The notes under the pieces are model-generated. The model was not told the DNA's origin. It searched no databases and worked only from the letters and a program-made list of their open reading frames with translations. A stretch of DNA of 64,000 nt from a bacterium. GTDB taxonomy: Bacteria; Verrucomicrobiota; Verrucomicrobiia; Limisphaerales; UBA11358. Where the stretch lies: positions 9,524 to 73,523 of the forward strand of contig JAJXYT010000127.1 of the NCBI GenBank assembly GCA_021780375.1, read 5' to 3'. The position numbers were made by a program, and so were the translations under genes. Position 1 is the first letter of the stretch, and the number at the start of each line of letters is the position of its first letter. Positions 52,110 to 61,976 of the stretch are shown one piece after another.

Positions 52110-52760
52110 ATGCCACGAACTCGGGCATTTACGCTTATCGAACTGCTGATGGTAATGGGGATTATTGCCATCCTGGCCGCGTTGTTGTTGTCCGTCATCG
52201 GCCACGCCAAAGCCTCGGCGCAGGCAGCCACCTGCCGGAATAATCTCAAACAATGGGGAACGGCCACGCACCTTTACGCGGCGGACCATGGCGATCGTCT
52301 GCCCAAAGATGGTTCTTTCGACGGAGGTTCCATAAAGGAAGGTTGGTATATTGATTTGCCCCGCACGTTGGGCCTGCCCACTTACCGGGAAATGCCGTGG
52401 CGCACCAACAAACACATCGAACCCGGTCGCTGTATTTGGATTTGTCCCTCGAATTCCCGCCGCAGCAACAGCAACGAGCTGTTTCATTATTGCCTCAACA
52501 AAAATGTGAACGGCACCGGCACCGGCAATCAAATCCGGCTCGTCTCCATTCCGCATCCTTCCGTTACGGTCTGGTTGTTTGACAACGGCGGGATTGCCGC
52601 AGTGGCGCAATGGAACAACGTTCACTCCAATTTACACAGTCACGGGGCACAGTTTACCCTCCTCGATGGCCACGCCACATGGTTCAAAAACACGGAATAT
52701 TGGAACTTCAAAACCAACAAAGGCCTTACCAATAATCCCAAGCTGGTCTGGTTTCCGTGA
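52110..52760 (+). CDS. Prepilin-type N-terminal cleavage/methylation domain protein (DUF1559-like pseudopilin)
   Basis: Supported by [27 protein letters not shown] and the C-terminal [17 protein letters not shown]. Confidence 0.85.
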   Translation: MPRTRAFTLIELLMVMGIIAILAALLLSVIGHAKASAQAATCRNNLKQWGTATHLYAADHGDRLPKDGSFDGGSIKEGWYIDLPRTLGLPTYREMPWRTNKHIEPGRCIWICPSNSRRSNSNELFHYCLNKNVNGTGTGNQIRLVSIPHPSVTVWLFDNGGIAAVAQWNNVHSNLHSHGAQFTLLDGHATWFKNTEYWNFKTNKGLTNNPKLVWFP

Positions 52761-52768
52761 ACTCGAGG

Positions 52769-54865
52769 TCACGGCGTGCGATAGACGCGGAAGAATCGGG
52801 GCGCATCCGATATATTGGTTTGAAAAGTGCAATCGGCCCCGGTGGCAATCAGGTTGCTGGCCAGCGGCGTCCACGTCATCAGATTCGACGAAACTTCGAG
52901 GCGATACGACCGGTTGCTCTGCGATTCCCAGGTCAATGAAACGATTTGATTCGTCCTCCCCAGGGACAGCAACCGGAATGGCCCGTTGAACGGATTGGCA
53001 AAGGCCATGAACACCGGCAGATGGTCGGAGGCGGTCCGGTCGTCGTTGCTATACAGGTTGGCGGGCGCCGGGTTCAGCAAATCCGTGCGGAAAACCTGGC
53101 CGCCGGTGATATTCGAGAACAACATTGCGCACGGCAGGATGTAATCGTAGCGCAACGTCGGCCCGGAATTGGTGTTCTGAATGGACCAGGTCACTTCGCG
53201 GCCGGTGAGCGGATTAAGCGGTGTCGTCAGATGCAAACCGGTTGGCGCACTGACCAGGCGCTGGAGAGATTGCGGTTGGCTTGCCGATGGCCAGAGAATG
53301 TCTTCGTTCATGTCGCCGCTCAATACACAGGGTTCATCGCCGTGGGCCGGCAGATAAACGGTGGCGAAAAAATTGGAAATGGCGCCTGCCTCCGCGGCTC
53401 GCTTTGCCGCCGACCCGGCGTCCTGGCCCGATTTTAAGTGGGCCACAAAAACGTGTAACGGCCGGGGAAAATCCGGCACGGAAATTTCCGCTTCAAACAA
53501 ATCCCGGGTAAAATAAGGGGCCGGTACGGGATTGGTGTAACCGAACAGCACGAGGTCAGCGCCATGCAGCCAACTGCGCGACGCAACGATGGGATACCGG
53601 CTGAGAATGACGCTGTGAATGGCACCGTCGTCCGCGGAATTGGTGACGAGGTAATAACCGGGGCGGAACGCCGTGACAAAATCCGCCATTTGGGCCGTGC
53701 AATTGTTGGTAACCGGGATTTCGTTGAAGGTGATGATGTCCGGGTTGAGGTATTGCATCTGGCGGCCGATGGCCTGCACGTGCCACAGGTTCGTGCTCCA
53801 ATTGGTCAGCCCATTGCCATGCACGTTGTACGTCAGATAAGAAAAAGCCGGCGGGGCGGCGCGCCAGACACTCAAGGCCGCTGCGTCGCTGATGGTTGAA
53901 CCAACGGCGTTGGTGACGGAAACTGTATAAAAGCCGGCTTGGGCAAAAGTCACTCCGGCCAGGGTGAGATTGGAATTGACCGCCCCAGGCAGGTTGGTTC
54001 CGTGAACCCCGTCAGCCGATGTCGGGGTGAACTGCCACTGATAGGCCAACGGCGGTGCGCCGGTGGCCGTTACGCTGAAAACAACATCGGCGCCGTTCGT
54101 AATGGTTTGAGGTTGCGGCCCGGAGACAATGGTGGGCGGCTCGGCAGCCGGCCCGCTGGCAACGACATCGGCAAAAGTGGTGCCGATTTTTAAATTATCC
54201 ACGCTCATCACGCCTTCCCCCGTGTTCTCGCGAAATGCATAGCCAACCACAGTAAAAGTTGAACCCCCTTCGCTGGTTGAAACACTGGTATCCGTTTCTG
54301 CGGTCGGATTGATCCAAAGGGTGCTGACCGAATTACTGTTCACCAGCCGGGTCACAACGATGTAATCCGTGTTGAGCCGCAAATCGATGGGATTGGTTAC
54401 ATTTATGATCGAGCTGCTGGTGGAAGAGATTCCCAGACGGAATCGGCCGGGCGCCGCGCCGCTCGTCAACGCCCAGACGCGCGCCCGAAAACCGTTGCCC
54501 GAATCTTTGAAATGGGTGAAATAGGTTCCACTGCCGCCCGGCAGCGTGGTGAATTTCACCTTGAAACCGGCATAAAATATATTCGTGGTGCCGGAAGCGG
54601 GATAGGGCTGGCCGGCCAGCAACGCGTGGACATCCTCGGTATTGGCTTCACTCAAAAAAACACGGTCCGAAGCCACCATGACCTCGCCGGTGACCGAACC
54701 GCTGTGGTGTGACCATAAATTGGCGCCAACCGTCACCAACGCACCGTCGGGATAATCGAAGGAATCGCTGAACAATACGGCCGCCTCCGCCGCGATGGCG
54801 AAAACCATGAATACGGCCAGTCCGCAGGCAGCTTGCTTCACGATGATTGCGGGACATGTTCCCAC
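52769..54865 (-). CDS. Secreted endonuclease/exonuclease/phosphatase (EEP)-family protein with N-terminal lectin-like domain, Ig-like domain and FYR-ending C-terminal domain
   Basis: GTG start with a signal peptide. The Ig I-set-like block is PPTIVSGPQPQTITNGADVVFSVTATGAPPLAYQWQF...AGFYTVSVTNAVGS. The EEP core runs FSYLTYNVHG...DIITFNEIP...ASDHLPV. The protein ends in APRFFRVYRTP. Confidence 0.8.
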   Translation of the reverse strand: MGTCPAIIVKQAACGLAVFMVFAIAAEAAVLFSDSFDYPDGALVTVGANLWSHHSGSVTGEVMVASDRVFLSEANTEDVHALLAGQPYPASGTTNIFYAGFKVKFTTLPGGSGTYFTHFKDSGNGFRARVWALTSGAAPGRFRLGISSTSSSIINVTNPIDLRLNTDYIVVTRLVNSNSVSTLWINPTAETDTSVSTSEGGSTFTVVGYAFRENTGEGVMSVDNLKIGTTFADVVASGPAAEPPTIVSGPQPQTITNGADVVFSVTATGAPPLAYQWQFTPTSADGVHGTNLPGAVNSNLTLAGVTFAQAGFYTVSVTNAVGSTISDAAALSVWRAAPPAFSYLTYNVHGNGLTNWSTNLWHVQAIGRQMQYLNPDIITFNEIPVTNNCTAQMADFVTAFRPGYYLVTNSADDGAIHSVILSRYPIVASRSWLHGADLVLFGYTNPVPAPYFTRDLFEAEISVPDFPRPLHVFVAHLKSGQDAGSAAKRAAEAGAISNFFATVYLPAHGDEPCVLSGDMNEDILWPSASQPQSLQRLVSAPTGLHLTTPLNPLTGREVTWSIQNTNSGPTLRYDYILPCAMLFSNITGGQVFRTDLLNPAPANLYSNDDRTASDHLPVFMAFANPFNGPFRLLSLGRTNQIVSLTWESQSNRSYRLEVSSNLMTWTPLASNLIATGADCTFQTNISDAPRFFRVYRTP

Positions 54866-54886
54866 ATCGTGAACAAATGTAAATGG

Positions 54887-55588
54887 TCAGCGCCTGGTTA
54901 TAAATTCCGGTTGGGAATATTTCTGACGGACTAATGCTTCCGCCCGTTCACGCAACGGCCCGTCCGGTTCGAACTCCTGCCATCCGACTCCAAAGTCGGC
55001 CCGCGCGACATCGCACATCGCCTTTTCCCATTCCGTGCGGGCCAATGTTGTGGGTGGCTGGACCGAGCCCTGGATCAACAACCCCAATTGGTTGCGTCGT
55101 TGGGCCGCACCAGCGGTTTTTTTGCCGTGCCAAAGCAAATCAAATTTTACATGGCCGACAAAACACGCACTGGGAAGTGACGAGGGTCGAGGGTCGAGGG
55201 TCGAGTGCCGGCCGCCGGGTGCCAGTTCGGTTTCGATCTTTAGTCGGGAAAAGGCGGATTGGATCCAGGCGTGGACGCGCCGGTAACTTTCCTCGGCCTT
55301 GAGCGAATGCCATTCGTGGGCGGGCGGAAAGGCGAGGCTGTAGGTCCAGTCGGCGTCGTGCGGCACGATGCCGCCGCCGGTGGGCCGGCGGATGAGCGGA
55401 CGCAACAAGGTCGCGCGTTCGACCTCGGCATATTTCTGGAAGTAGCCGAAGGAAGCCGCCGGTTCCGTCCAGCCGTAGAACCGCAGCGCCGGCCGGCCCA
55501 GGCGCGCCGCAGACTCCAGCAACGCCTCGTCCAACGCCATGTTGAACGCCGGACCGCCCTTGCCGGAATTGAGCAAAAGCCAATTCAT
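54887..55588 (-). CDS. Lipoate-protein ligase / octanoyltransferase-family (BPL_LplA_LipB) protein
   Basis: Supported by PAFNMALDEALLES...RFYGWTEPAASFGYFQ...RRPTGGGIVPHD...GKKTAGAAQRR. Confidence 0.8.
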   Translation of the reverse strand: MNWLLLNSGKGGPAFNMALDEALLESAARLGRPALRFYGWTEPAASFGYFQKYAEVERATLLRPLIRRPTGGGIVPHDADWTYSLAFPPAHEWHSLKAEESYRRVHAWIQSAFSRLKIETELAPGGRHSTLDPRPSSLPSACFVGHVKFDLLWHGKKTAGAAQRRNQLGLLIQGSVQPPTTLARTEWEKAMCDVARADFGVGWQEFEPDGPLRERAEALVRQKYSQPEFITRR

Positions 55589-55593
55589 TTTTT

Positions 55594-55742
55594 AACCACA
55601 GATGGACACGGATAAACACGGATGGCCAAACGTAGAATCCCCTCACCCGACCTTCGGCCACCCTCGCCCCGCCGGGCGGGGAGAGGGATGAGGCGAGGGG
55701 CGCACCGGCCAAATCTGTGTCCATCCGTGTCCATCCGTGGTT
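55594..55742. repeat. Nested palindromic intergenic element: inverted arms of three decamers (nnnCAC[A/G]GAT) around a GC-rich core hairpin
   Basis: The left arm is AACCACAGAT-GGACACGGAT-AAACACGGAT-GG (55594-55625). The right arm is CCAAATCTGTGTCCATCCGTGTCCATCCGTGGTT (55709-55742). The core palindrome is CCCTCGCCCCGCC|GGGCGGGGAGAGGG (55661-55687). The element fills the whole gap between nth and the lipoate ligase-like gene. Confidence 0.75.
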
Positions 55743-56401
55743 CAGATTCCTTTCACTCCAATCTGCGGGCACAATTTCAGCACCTCGCAGTTCGCGCAAT
55801 CGGGCCTGCGCGCAAAACAGCGGCGGCGGCCATGCCAGATGAGCCAGTGACTGAACAGCGTCCATTGGTTTTGCGGCGCCAGCGCCATCAAATCTTTTTC
55901 AATTTTCTCCGGCGTCTTCTGCTTCGTCAATCCGAGCCGGCAGGACAACCGCGCAACGTGCGTATCCACGACGACACCGGCATTGATACCAAAGGCGTTG
56001 CCCAGGACCACGTTGGCCGTTTTGCGCCCGACACCACCGAGCTGGACTAATTCCTCCATCGTTTGCGGGACCTGCCCGCCATGTTTTTCGACGATGGCCT
56101 GACCGGCGGCTTTGATGCTGCGCGCTTTGTTGCGGAAGAAGCCGGTCGTTTTGATGGCCTGTTCGAGTTCGGCGAGCGGGGCATTCGCATAATCCGCCGC
56201 CGAATGGTAGCGTTTGAACAAATCCGGCGTGACGAGATTGACCCGCTTGTCGGTGCACTGCGCGGAAAGAATCGTCGCAATGAGCAGCTCTAGCGGGCTT
56301 TTGTGGTCCAACTCGCAGTGGGCTTCGGGATAAGTATCGTCGAGCGCGGCGATAATCTTCTTCAGTCGCGTGATTTCAGCCTTGAGCGTTTCGCGTGGCA
56401 T
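55742..56401 (-). CDS. nth: Endonuclease III
   Basis: HhH-GPD is supported by LVQLGGVGRKTANVVLGNAF and VDTHVARL. The C-terminal Fe-S cluster motif is CFARRPDCANCEVLKLC. Confidence 0.9.
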   Translation of the reverse strand: MPRETLKAEITRLKKIIAALDDTYPEAHCELDHKSPLELLIATILSAQCTDKRVNLVTPDLFKRYHSAADYANAPLAELEQAIKTTGFFRNKARSIKAAGQAIVEKHGGQVPQTMEELVQLGGVGRKTANVVLGNAFGINAGVVVDTHVARLSCRLGLTKQKTPEKIEKDLMALAPQNQWTLFSHWLIWHGRRRCFARRPDCANCEVLKLCPQIGVKGI

Positions 56402-56517
56402 TTACAGCAAAATTCAAGCATGAAGGCATAAAGGCGCAAAGAAAAACTTCATTCTTGAACGAACTTGACCCTGCGTCATCAGACCTCTCAGACCGTCACG
56501 CCTCTTCCTGCGCGGCA

Positions 56518-57360
56518 CTATACCCGCAGGTAAACGTAAATGGCAAAGGCGACGGCGGCGAGGCCGGCGACGGCGGCGAGGGTCCAGAGCAGATTCCGTT
56601 GCCGCGCGGCCATGGCAAAGGTGGAAACAATAATGCCGGCCTGCGCAGCGAGCATGCCAAGGAACAATTTCTGGCTGCGGCTATGATGTCGTTCCGCCGA
56701 GAGGTTCGCCTTGCGGACCTGTAGTTCCAGCAGATAGCCGATGTCCTGGTTCAAGGCGGCTTCGGCATCGTAACGCGCGGCAGAGAAACGCATTTTAGTG
56801 GCGGTCAAATCCCGGGCGGCGGATTTATCACCGGCGGGCAGTGATTTTTCAAGCCGGGCGATGGCTTGATTGGCCGGGGCGAGCGCGGCATCAAACTTCC
56901 GCGCCTGATCGCGGGCGGCCTGCAACGCCGCGGCGAGAGTTTTGTCATCCACCCGCTTCAAGTCCCCGGTAATCTCGGTCTCGGGGTCCTCCGTCTTAAC
57001 CGCTTCGAGAGCGGTCTGCACGTTTGCGTCGAGCGCGGGAGCAGCCACGGACGGAATTTTTTCCAGCGCCGGATTTTCGAGCGGGTGGACGTCGGTAGTG
57101 GCCTGGAGGAGTTCGAGCGAATTGCGCATCATGGCGGCGCGCAGTTTCTTGGCCTGGAAATAACCCCACTGGTCGCCGGCCTTGGATTGAAGTTGCGCGC
57201 CAAAGGCGCGGTCGTATTGGGCGCGGGTCATCTCGCTGGAGGCAAGTCCGGCCAGCAACGTGGCGATGACGGTCATGACGATGGGTGTGGCCGAGAGGAT
57301 TTTGCCCCAGGTGGTTTGGGGAATATCCTTCTTCAACTCTTCAGGGATCGTGACTTTCAT
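56518..57360 (-). CDS. DUF4337-like membrane protein (enlarged)
   Basis: Start is ATG 57360 (MKVTIPEELKK...). There is an N-terminal TM (ILSATPIVMTVIATLLAGLAS), a long helical middle region, and the C-terminal HHSRSQKLFLGMLAAQAGIIVSTFAMAA...LAAVAGLAAVAFAIYVYL. The C-terminus recalls the DUF4337 tail from memory and has not been checked. Confidence 0.55.
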   Translation of the reverse strand: MKVTIPEELKKDIPQTTWGKILSATPIVMTVIATLLAGLASSEMTRAQYDRAFGAQLQSKAGDQWGYFQAKKLRAAMMRNSLELLQATTDVHPLENPALEKIPSVAAPALDANVQTALEAVKTEDPETEITGDLKRVDDKTLAAALQAARDQARKFDAALAPANQAIARLEKSLPAGDKSAARDLTATKMRFSAARYDAEAALNQDIGYLLELQVRKANLSAERHHSRSQKLFLGMLAAQAGIIVSTFAMAARQRNLLWTLAAVAGLAAVAFAIYVYLRV

Positions 57361-57382
57361 GGCCGTAAGTTTAACCGGTGAA

Positions 57383-59716
57383 TTACGGCTTGGGCGGAGG
57401 CACCGGCGCCGTCGGTGCGACCGGTGTGGCCGGCGCCGTCGGGGCCGCCGGAGCCACCCCGGTCGCGGCGGCAGCTTTGGCTTTGTCAGCCGCGGCCTGG
57501 TCGAGCTTGTCTTTGGCAATTTGTTCCCGGACGGCCAGCGGCGGGGTACCGTATTTGCCATCGGTCCAATTATAAAGTCGGCCCTGACTGTCATTGAGAA
57601 ACGCCCAAATGAACCAGACGACAAACGCAAAGAGCAGCAGTTTGGGCCAGACAGAGGGTTTTTCGGCGTACTTGTCCGCCGCGCTAAACGTGGACCCGGG
57701 AGGCAAAGCCGCCACGCCGGTCAGGGCGCCGCCGAACGGCACATTCATCCGGGCTTTGGCATTCACCGCCCAGCCGTTGGCGTCGAGAATCGGGCCGAGG
57801 TTGCGCTTGCGCAATTTCAACCAGGCGATGGCCATGGACGGAGCGGAAATGACGAGCATGATCCCGGCAATGACCAGCGGCACCTGCCACGATTCAAATC
57901 CTTTAAGGAACCCCAGCAGGCCGGCAAACGCCGCCGCCAAAGTGCCCAGGGCCAAACTCAGCAGGGCGATGACACTCGGATCAAAGGCGGGTTTGGCCGG
58001 TGTTGCCGGAGCCGCCGGAGCGGTCGAGGCCGCCGGAGCCGCCGGGGTAATGGGCGCATTGGCCACGGTCGTCAATTGCGCGTTGGCACTGGCATCGGCA
58101 GCAGCGGCCTGTTTGGCAGCGCGTTCCTCAATCATGCGCACCAGTTTTTTGTAAGGCGACCAGAACGCCTGCCGGATGCTGATCGGGTTGTCCACAATCT
58201 TGGTGATGGTGGCATCCCAGTCGCGACCCTGGCGGTCATAGAAAATCCCGTTGCGGCCAACGATGAGATTGTCGGAATCGCCGCCGGTGAACGCGGCGAC
58301 AATGGACAATTTATCCCCGCTGCCCTTGCGCACGCAATCGCAATAGGCGAGATAGGTGCCCGCCATGCCCGCCATCGCCGCGTGTTTACCCACGTCATCC
58401 ACCGTGAGGCAGAGATCGCAACTGCGCTGGTCGAGATAAAGCGTGCCCGCCTGGAAAATGGCCTTGTCCTTCCGGCCATAAAATTCACCGAAGTTGACGA
58501 AGTTGCGGCAAAGCCTGGCGAGGTCGCGATAATAATGGATCAATCGGTGCAGGCCGATGATGGCCTGGGCATGGCCTTCCTCGGCCTTGTCCTTGGCGAT
58601 GAGCGCAGCCAACGTGTCTTTGGCTTTGGCGCCGAGAATTTCCCGTGTGCGTTTCAATCCGATTTTTTCGACCGAACCGCCGGTCTTGCCCGCGTTCCAG
58701 GCATCGAAAGCGGCGAGTTTGCCGAGCAGCGCATTCCAATCCGCCTCCGTCAGCACGGTCCGGGCGCCGAGCAGCGGCACGATGGCATTGGTTTGCAGCG
58801 CGGCAATGGCATTGGCCCACGCCGGATTAATACCCTGGCTCAACGGCAATGGAGTGGTGGCCCCGACTTGCGCCAGCGGCAGGCTGGCAATGTCGGCGTG
58901 CGTATTGGTCAGGTCTTTGGCGCTCAACGCGGCGTATTCCTTCTCGTCACGGTTCAGCGCGTTGATAGAACGCGGATCGAAAGCGGCCAGCCGTCCGCGC
59001 GCAAAATAGTCGTCCACCTTGGCCCTGACCGCCTGCACGGCCCCGGAGGCGGCTTCGGTGTTCACGCCCAGCGGCAATACGGCAACGTCGCCTTCGGCCT
59101 TTTTCCACCAATCGGAATAAGCAGTGGCGTCGGAGAAAAACCGATCCGCTTTGGCCTGGCTGACGCCAGGTTTGCCGCTGGCATCGGTGTCCGCGCCAAG
59201 GCAGGTGATGATATCGGCGATGACGGCCCGGGTGAGGTCGTCACTGGCGGAATCGGCGGGTACGATGCCGTCGCCGTTGAACGGTTTGGCGGCGAAGGTC
59301 TGGGCGGCGGCGGCGGCATCGTCAATGGTGATTTCCGCGTTGTCCGTCTTGCCCAGCACTTGCCTGGCAAAACTGGCAATCAGTTTGCCCTCCGGATGGG
59401 CGTCGTTGACCGCCGCCAGCGGCAGCGTCGGGCTCCCTTTGAGCAGGTCATCCGGGTTTTTAAGCAAGCCGCCGGCCCATTTGACGGCCGCAATCAGCTC
59501 CGGCGCGCGGATCCGACCATCCTTGTCCGTGTCCATCAGCGCGAGCGTGGTTTTATCAAACTCAACCCCCGTGGTGGGACAGGCCAGAGCGACCCAGAGC
59601 TTCTGGTCGAGCTGGTCCAGGTTAAGGAGGTCGGCCCCGGAACTGATGACGACCTGATTAAAGCCGCCGGCGCGAAAGAACCGCCAGCGATAGGAGGATG
59701 TCGCGGAATTTTTCAT
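57383..59716 (-). CDS. Large (777 aa) membrane-anchored protein of unknown function with an EF-hand-like Ca-binding loop
   Basis: The sequence looks like a natural protein, unlike the Arg/Gly-rich plus-strand shadow ORF. A DTDKDGRIRAPEL loop lies near the N-terminus, within a ~560-aa soluble region. Ala/Pro-rich linkers are present, and three hydrophobic segments lie near the C-terminus (VIALLSLALGTLAAAFAGLLGFL, VPLVIAGIMLVISAPSMAIAWL, LLLFAFVVWFIWAFL). Confidence 0.7.
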   Translation of the reverse strand: MKNSATSSYRWRFFRAGGFNQVVISSGADLLNLDQLDQKLWVALACPTTGVEFDKTTLALMDTDKDGRIRAPELIAAVKWAGGLLKNPDDLLKGSPTLPLAAVNDAHPEGKLIASFARQVLGKTDNAEITIDDAAAAAQTFAAKPFNGDGIVPADSASDDLTRAVIADIITCLGADTDASGKPGVSQAKADRFFSDATAYSDWWKKAEGDVAVLPLGVNTEAASGAVQAVRAKVDDYFARGRLAAFDPRSINALNRDEKEYAALSAKDLTNTHADIASLPLAQVGATTPLPLSQGINPAWANAIAALQTNAIVPLLGARTVLTEADWNALLGKLAAFDAWNAGKTGGSVEKIGLKRTREILGAKAKDTLAALIAKDKAEEGHAQAIIGLHRLIHYYRDLARLCRNFVNFGEFYGRKDKAIFQAGTLYLDQRSCDLCLTVDDVGKHAAMAGMAGTYLAYCDCVRKGSGDKLSIVAAFTGGDSDNLIVGRNGIFYDRQGRDWDATITKIVDNPISIRQAFWSPYKKLVRMIEERAAKQAAAADASANAQLTTVANAPITPAAPAASTAPAAPATPAKPAFDPSVIALLSLALGTLAAAFAGLLGFLKGFESWQVPLVIAGIMLVISAPSMAIAWLKLRKRNLGPILDANGWAVNAKARMNVPFGGALTGVAALPPGSTFSAADKYAEKPSVWPKLLLFAFVVWFIWAFLNDSQGRLYNWTDGKYGTPPLAVREQIAKDKLDQAAADKAKAAAATGVAPAAPTAPATPVAPTAPVPPPKP

Positions 59717-59934
59717 AGATTACCTTAATGATGTTGTTGATTCAAAGACTGCCATGCCAATCAAGGGTTTAACCACGGCACAACAAACCGGACAACTCGT
59801 CACCCTCGAGTTGCCACCCTTCAAGGAGGAAGGATTGCAGCCGGCGTTGGCCACGGCAAGCCCGGAACGCTCCCTAAAATAAACTTCCTCCCGCGCCCGG
59901 ACGGTTCCCAGGCTCGCCATCGCCAGGGTGGCGC

Positions 59935-60456
59935 TTACTTGCCCAACAGATTGCCAACGCTGTTGACCGCGTTGGACACCGTCTGATTCGACATGAGGTT
60001 TTGGATTTGCGTCTTGAGATCGCCCACCGTTTTCTGCTGCTCCGGCGTCAGACTGAAGTTGTTCAACTGTTTCAAAGTATTCAAGGCGTCCTGATATTTC
60101 TGTTCACCCACCAGATTCTTCGCCTGATCAATCAGATTCTGAACCTGGGTCCCAGCGGCTTCCGTCTGAGTTGAAGCCGTCGTAACCGCCTGCGTTACCG
60201 CCTGGGTTGTCTGCGTGACCGCCGTGGCCGTAGTCGTTACGACCGTATTCGTTTCGGCCGTAGTCGCGGCGGTCGCAGCTTCCGGCGCATTTGTCGTCGC
60301 GCTTTCAGCAGCCGCCGCCGCATTCGTCGTGACACTTTCCGCAGCTGTTGGGGCCTCCGTCGTCGCAGGAGGCGGGGTTTCCTTGTTTCCGCATCCGCCG
60401 AGCGTTGCGATAATCAAACACGACACGAAACCAGCACCAATCATTTTAATTTTCAT
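59935..60456 (-). CDS. Lipoprotein with Thr/Ala-rich low-complexity region and helical C-terminal domain
   Basis: The lipobox is [13 protein letters not shown]-rich linker follows. The C-terminus is [28 protein letters not shown]... Confidence 0.65.
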   Translation of the reverse strand: MKIKMIGAGFVSCLIIATLGGCGNKETPPPATTEAPTAAESVTTNAAAAAESATTNAPEAATAATTAETNTVVTTTATAVTQTTQAVTQAVTTASTQTEAAGTQVQNLIDQAKNLVGEQKYQDALNTLKQLNNFSLTPEQQKTVGDLKTQIQNLMSNQTVSNAVNSVGNLLGK

Positions 60457-60655
60457 ATGCAGTCCTCTCTATTTTTAGGCCGCCGGATCCATCAACCACC
60501 ACCGGCACATTTTTTCATTTGAAACGTTGAAAATCGCTTTTAAACGACCAAAGCATTCTGATTATAAGGAGATATAAAGCAAAGTAAAGACAAATAAAGA
60601 AAAAATATCTCTTCGGCGTTGCCACTGCCCGGGGAAACGAAGATGGCCTCGAAGA

Positions 60656-61894
60656 TTAAACCAACTCTGGTTGTTTGATCTCTTTCGGCGGCGTGGACTG
60701 CGGCGTGCCATCCTCGGCTTCGGGATACTCGAAAACTTTCCCTTCGTAATTGCGGATGAGCACGCGGCCCGCGTTACGGCACAGAACGTATTCGGGATTA
60801 ATGGGCACCTTGCCGCCGCCGCCGGGCGCGTCAATGACGTATTGCGGCACCGCGTAGCCGGTCGTGTGCCCGCGCAATTGTTCCATAATTTCCAATCCCT
60901 GGCTGACGCTCGCCCGCAAATGCGCCGAGCCGGAAATCAAGTCGCATTGGTAAAGGTAATACGGCTTCACGCGGCACATGAGCAGTTTCTGAACGAGCGC
61001 CTTCATCACCGTGGCATCGTCGTTGACATGCTTAAGCAGCACGGACTGGTTGCCGAGCGGGATGCCGGCGTCGGCCAGGCGCCCGACCGCGTCGCGGACT
61101 TCCGTTGTCAGTTCGCGCGGATGGTTCGAGTGAATGCTCAGGAACAGCGGATGAAATTTCTTTAACATCGCACAAAGTTCCGGCGTGATGCGTTGCGGCA
61201 GAAAAGTCGGGATGCGCGAGCCGATCCGCAAGAATTCAACGTGCGGAATGGCGCGCAGCCGGCCCAGCAGATTTTCCAGCCTGTCATCGCTCAATAACAA
61301 CGGGTCGCCGCCGCTCAGCAACACGTCACGGACTTCCTGGCGCCGCGCGATATATTCAATCTGCTTGTCGAATTCGGGATGAAAATCATACCCGTTCGCG
61401 TTGCTGACAAGCCGCGAGCGCGTGCAATAACGGCAATACGAGGCGCACCGGTCGGTGACCAGAAACAGCACGCGGTCGGGATACCGATGCACCAGACCGG
61501 GCACGGGCGAGTGCGAATCCTCGCCGCACGGGTCGCTCATTTCCCACGGCGCGGTGTGCGTTTCCTCGACGCGGGGAATGACCTGCCGCCGGATGGGGCA
61601 ATTTTGGTCCGCCGGATCAATCAGGTTGAAAAAATACGGCGTGATGGCCAGGGCGAGCTTGTGATTGGCGAGTTTCGCGCCGGCGAATTCCTCCGGCGTG
61701 AGCGTGGGCATCAGGCGCTGTAACTGTTCGGGCGTCGTGATGCGATGTTTGAGCTGCCAGCGCCAGTCGTTCCAGCCGGCATCGGAAACGTCATGCCAGA
61801 AACCGCGCCCGGCGGAGCGAAACTCCTTCAAGCTTTGGAGTCGGTGGTCTGACGGCGACTCCTCGCCGTTCGCCAGTGAATTGTCGTCCTTCAT
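60656..61894 (-). CDS. kamA: KamA-family radical SAM enzyme (lysine 2,3-aminomutase-like)
   Basis: Supported by WNDWRWQLKHRIT and CASYCRYCTRSR (CxxxCxxC), with a length of 412 aa and GGGGKVPI near the C-terminus. Confidence 0.85.
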   Translation of the reverse strand: MKDDNSLANGEESPSDHRLQSLKEFRSAGRGFWHDVSDAGWNDWRWQLKHRITTPEQLQRLMPTLTPEEFAGAKLANHKLALAITPYFFNLIDPADQNCPIRRQVIPRVEETHTAPWEMSDPCGEDSHSPVPGLVHRYPDRVLFLVTDRCASYCRYCTRSRLVSNANGYDFHPEFDKQIEYIARRQEVRDVLLSGGDPLLLSDDRLENLLGRLRAIPHVEFLRIGSRIPTFLPQRITPELCAMLKKFHPLFLSIHSNHPRELTTEVRDAVGRLADAGIPLGNQSVLLKHVNDDATVMKALVQKLLMCRVKPYYLYQCDLISGSAHLRASVSQGLEIMEQLRGHTTGYAVPQYVIDAPGGGGKVPINPEYVLCRNAGRVLIRNYEGKVFEYPEAEDGTPQSTPPKEIKQPELV

Positions 61895-61976
61895 GGTCTT
61901 GGTAGCGAACTATAGATTTGAATTGCGCCCTGTCAAGTTGACCATTTTCCCGCCACCCCGTTCAAGGGGCTGAAGC

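Noticed and set aside
55140-55865. 241-aa minus-strand ORF spanning the lipoate-ligase gene start, the nested palindrome and the end of nth
   Set aside because: It runs through an intergenic repeat element, so peptide words such as NHGWTRMDTD and VFIRVHLWLKN are repeat translations. It is also out of frame with two well-supported genes.
57260-59728. 822-aa plus-strand ORF, the longest ORF at this locus
   Set aside because: It is the antisense shadow of the 777-aa minus-strand gene. Its translation is dominated by Arg/Gly/Pro runs (GRRRRGRRSHPGRGG…) with no recognisable motifs, whereas the minus-strand product has signal/TM segments, an EF-hand loop and normal composition.
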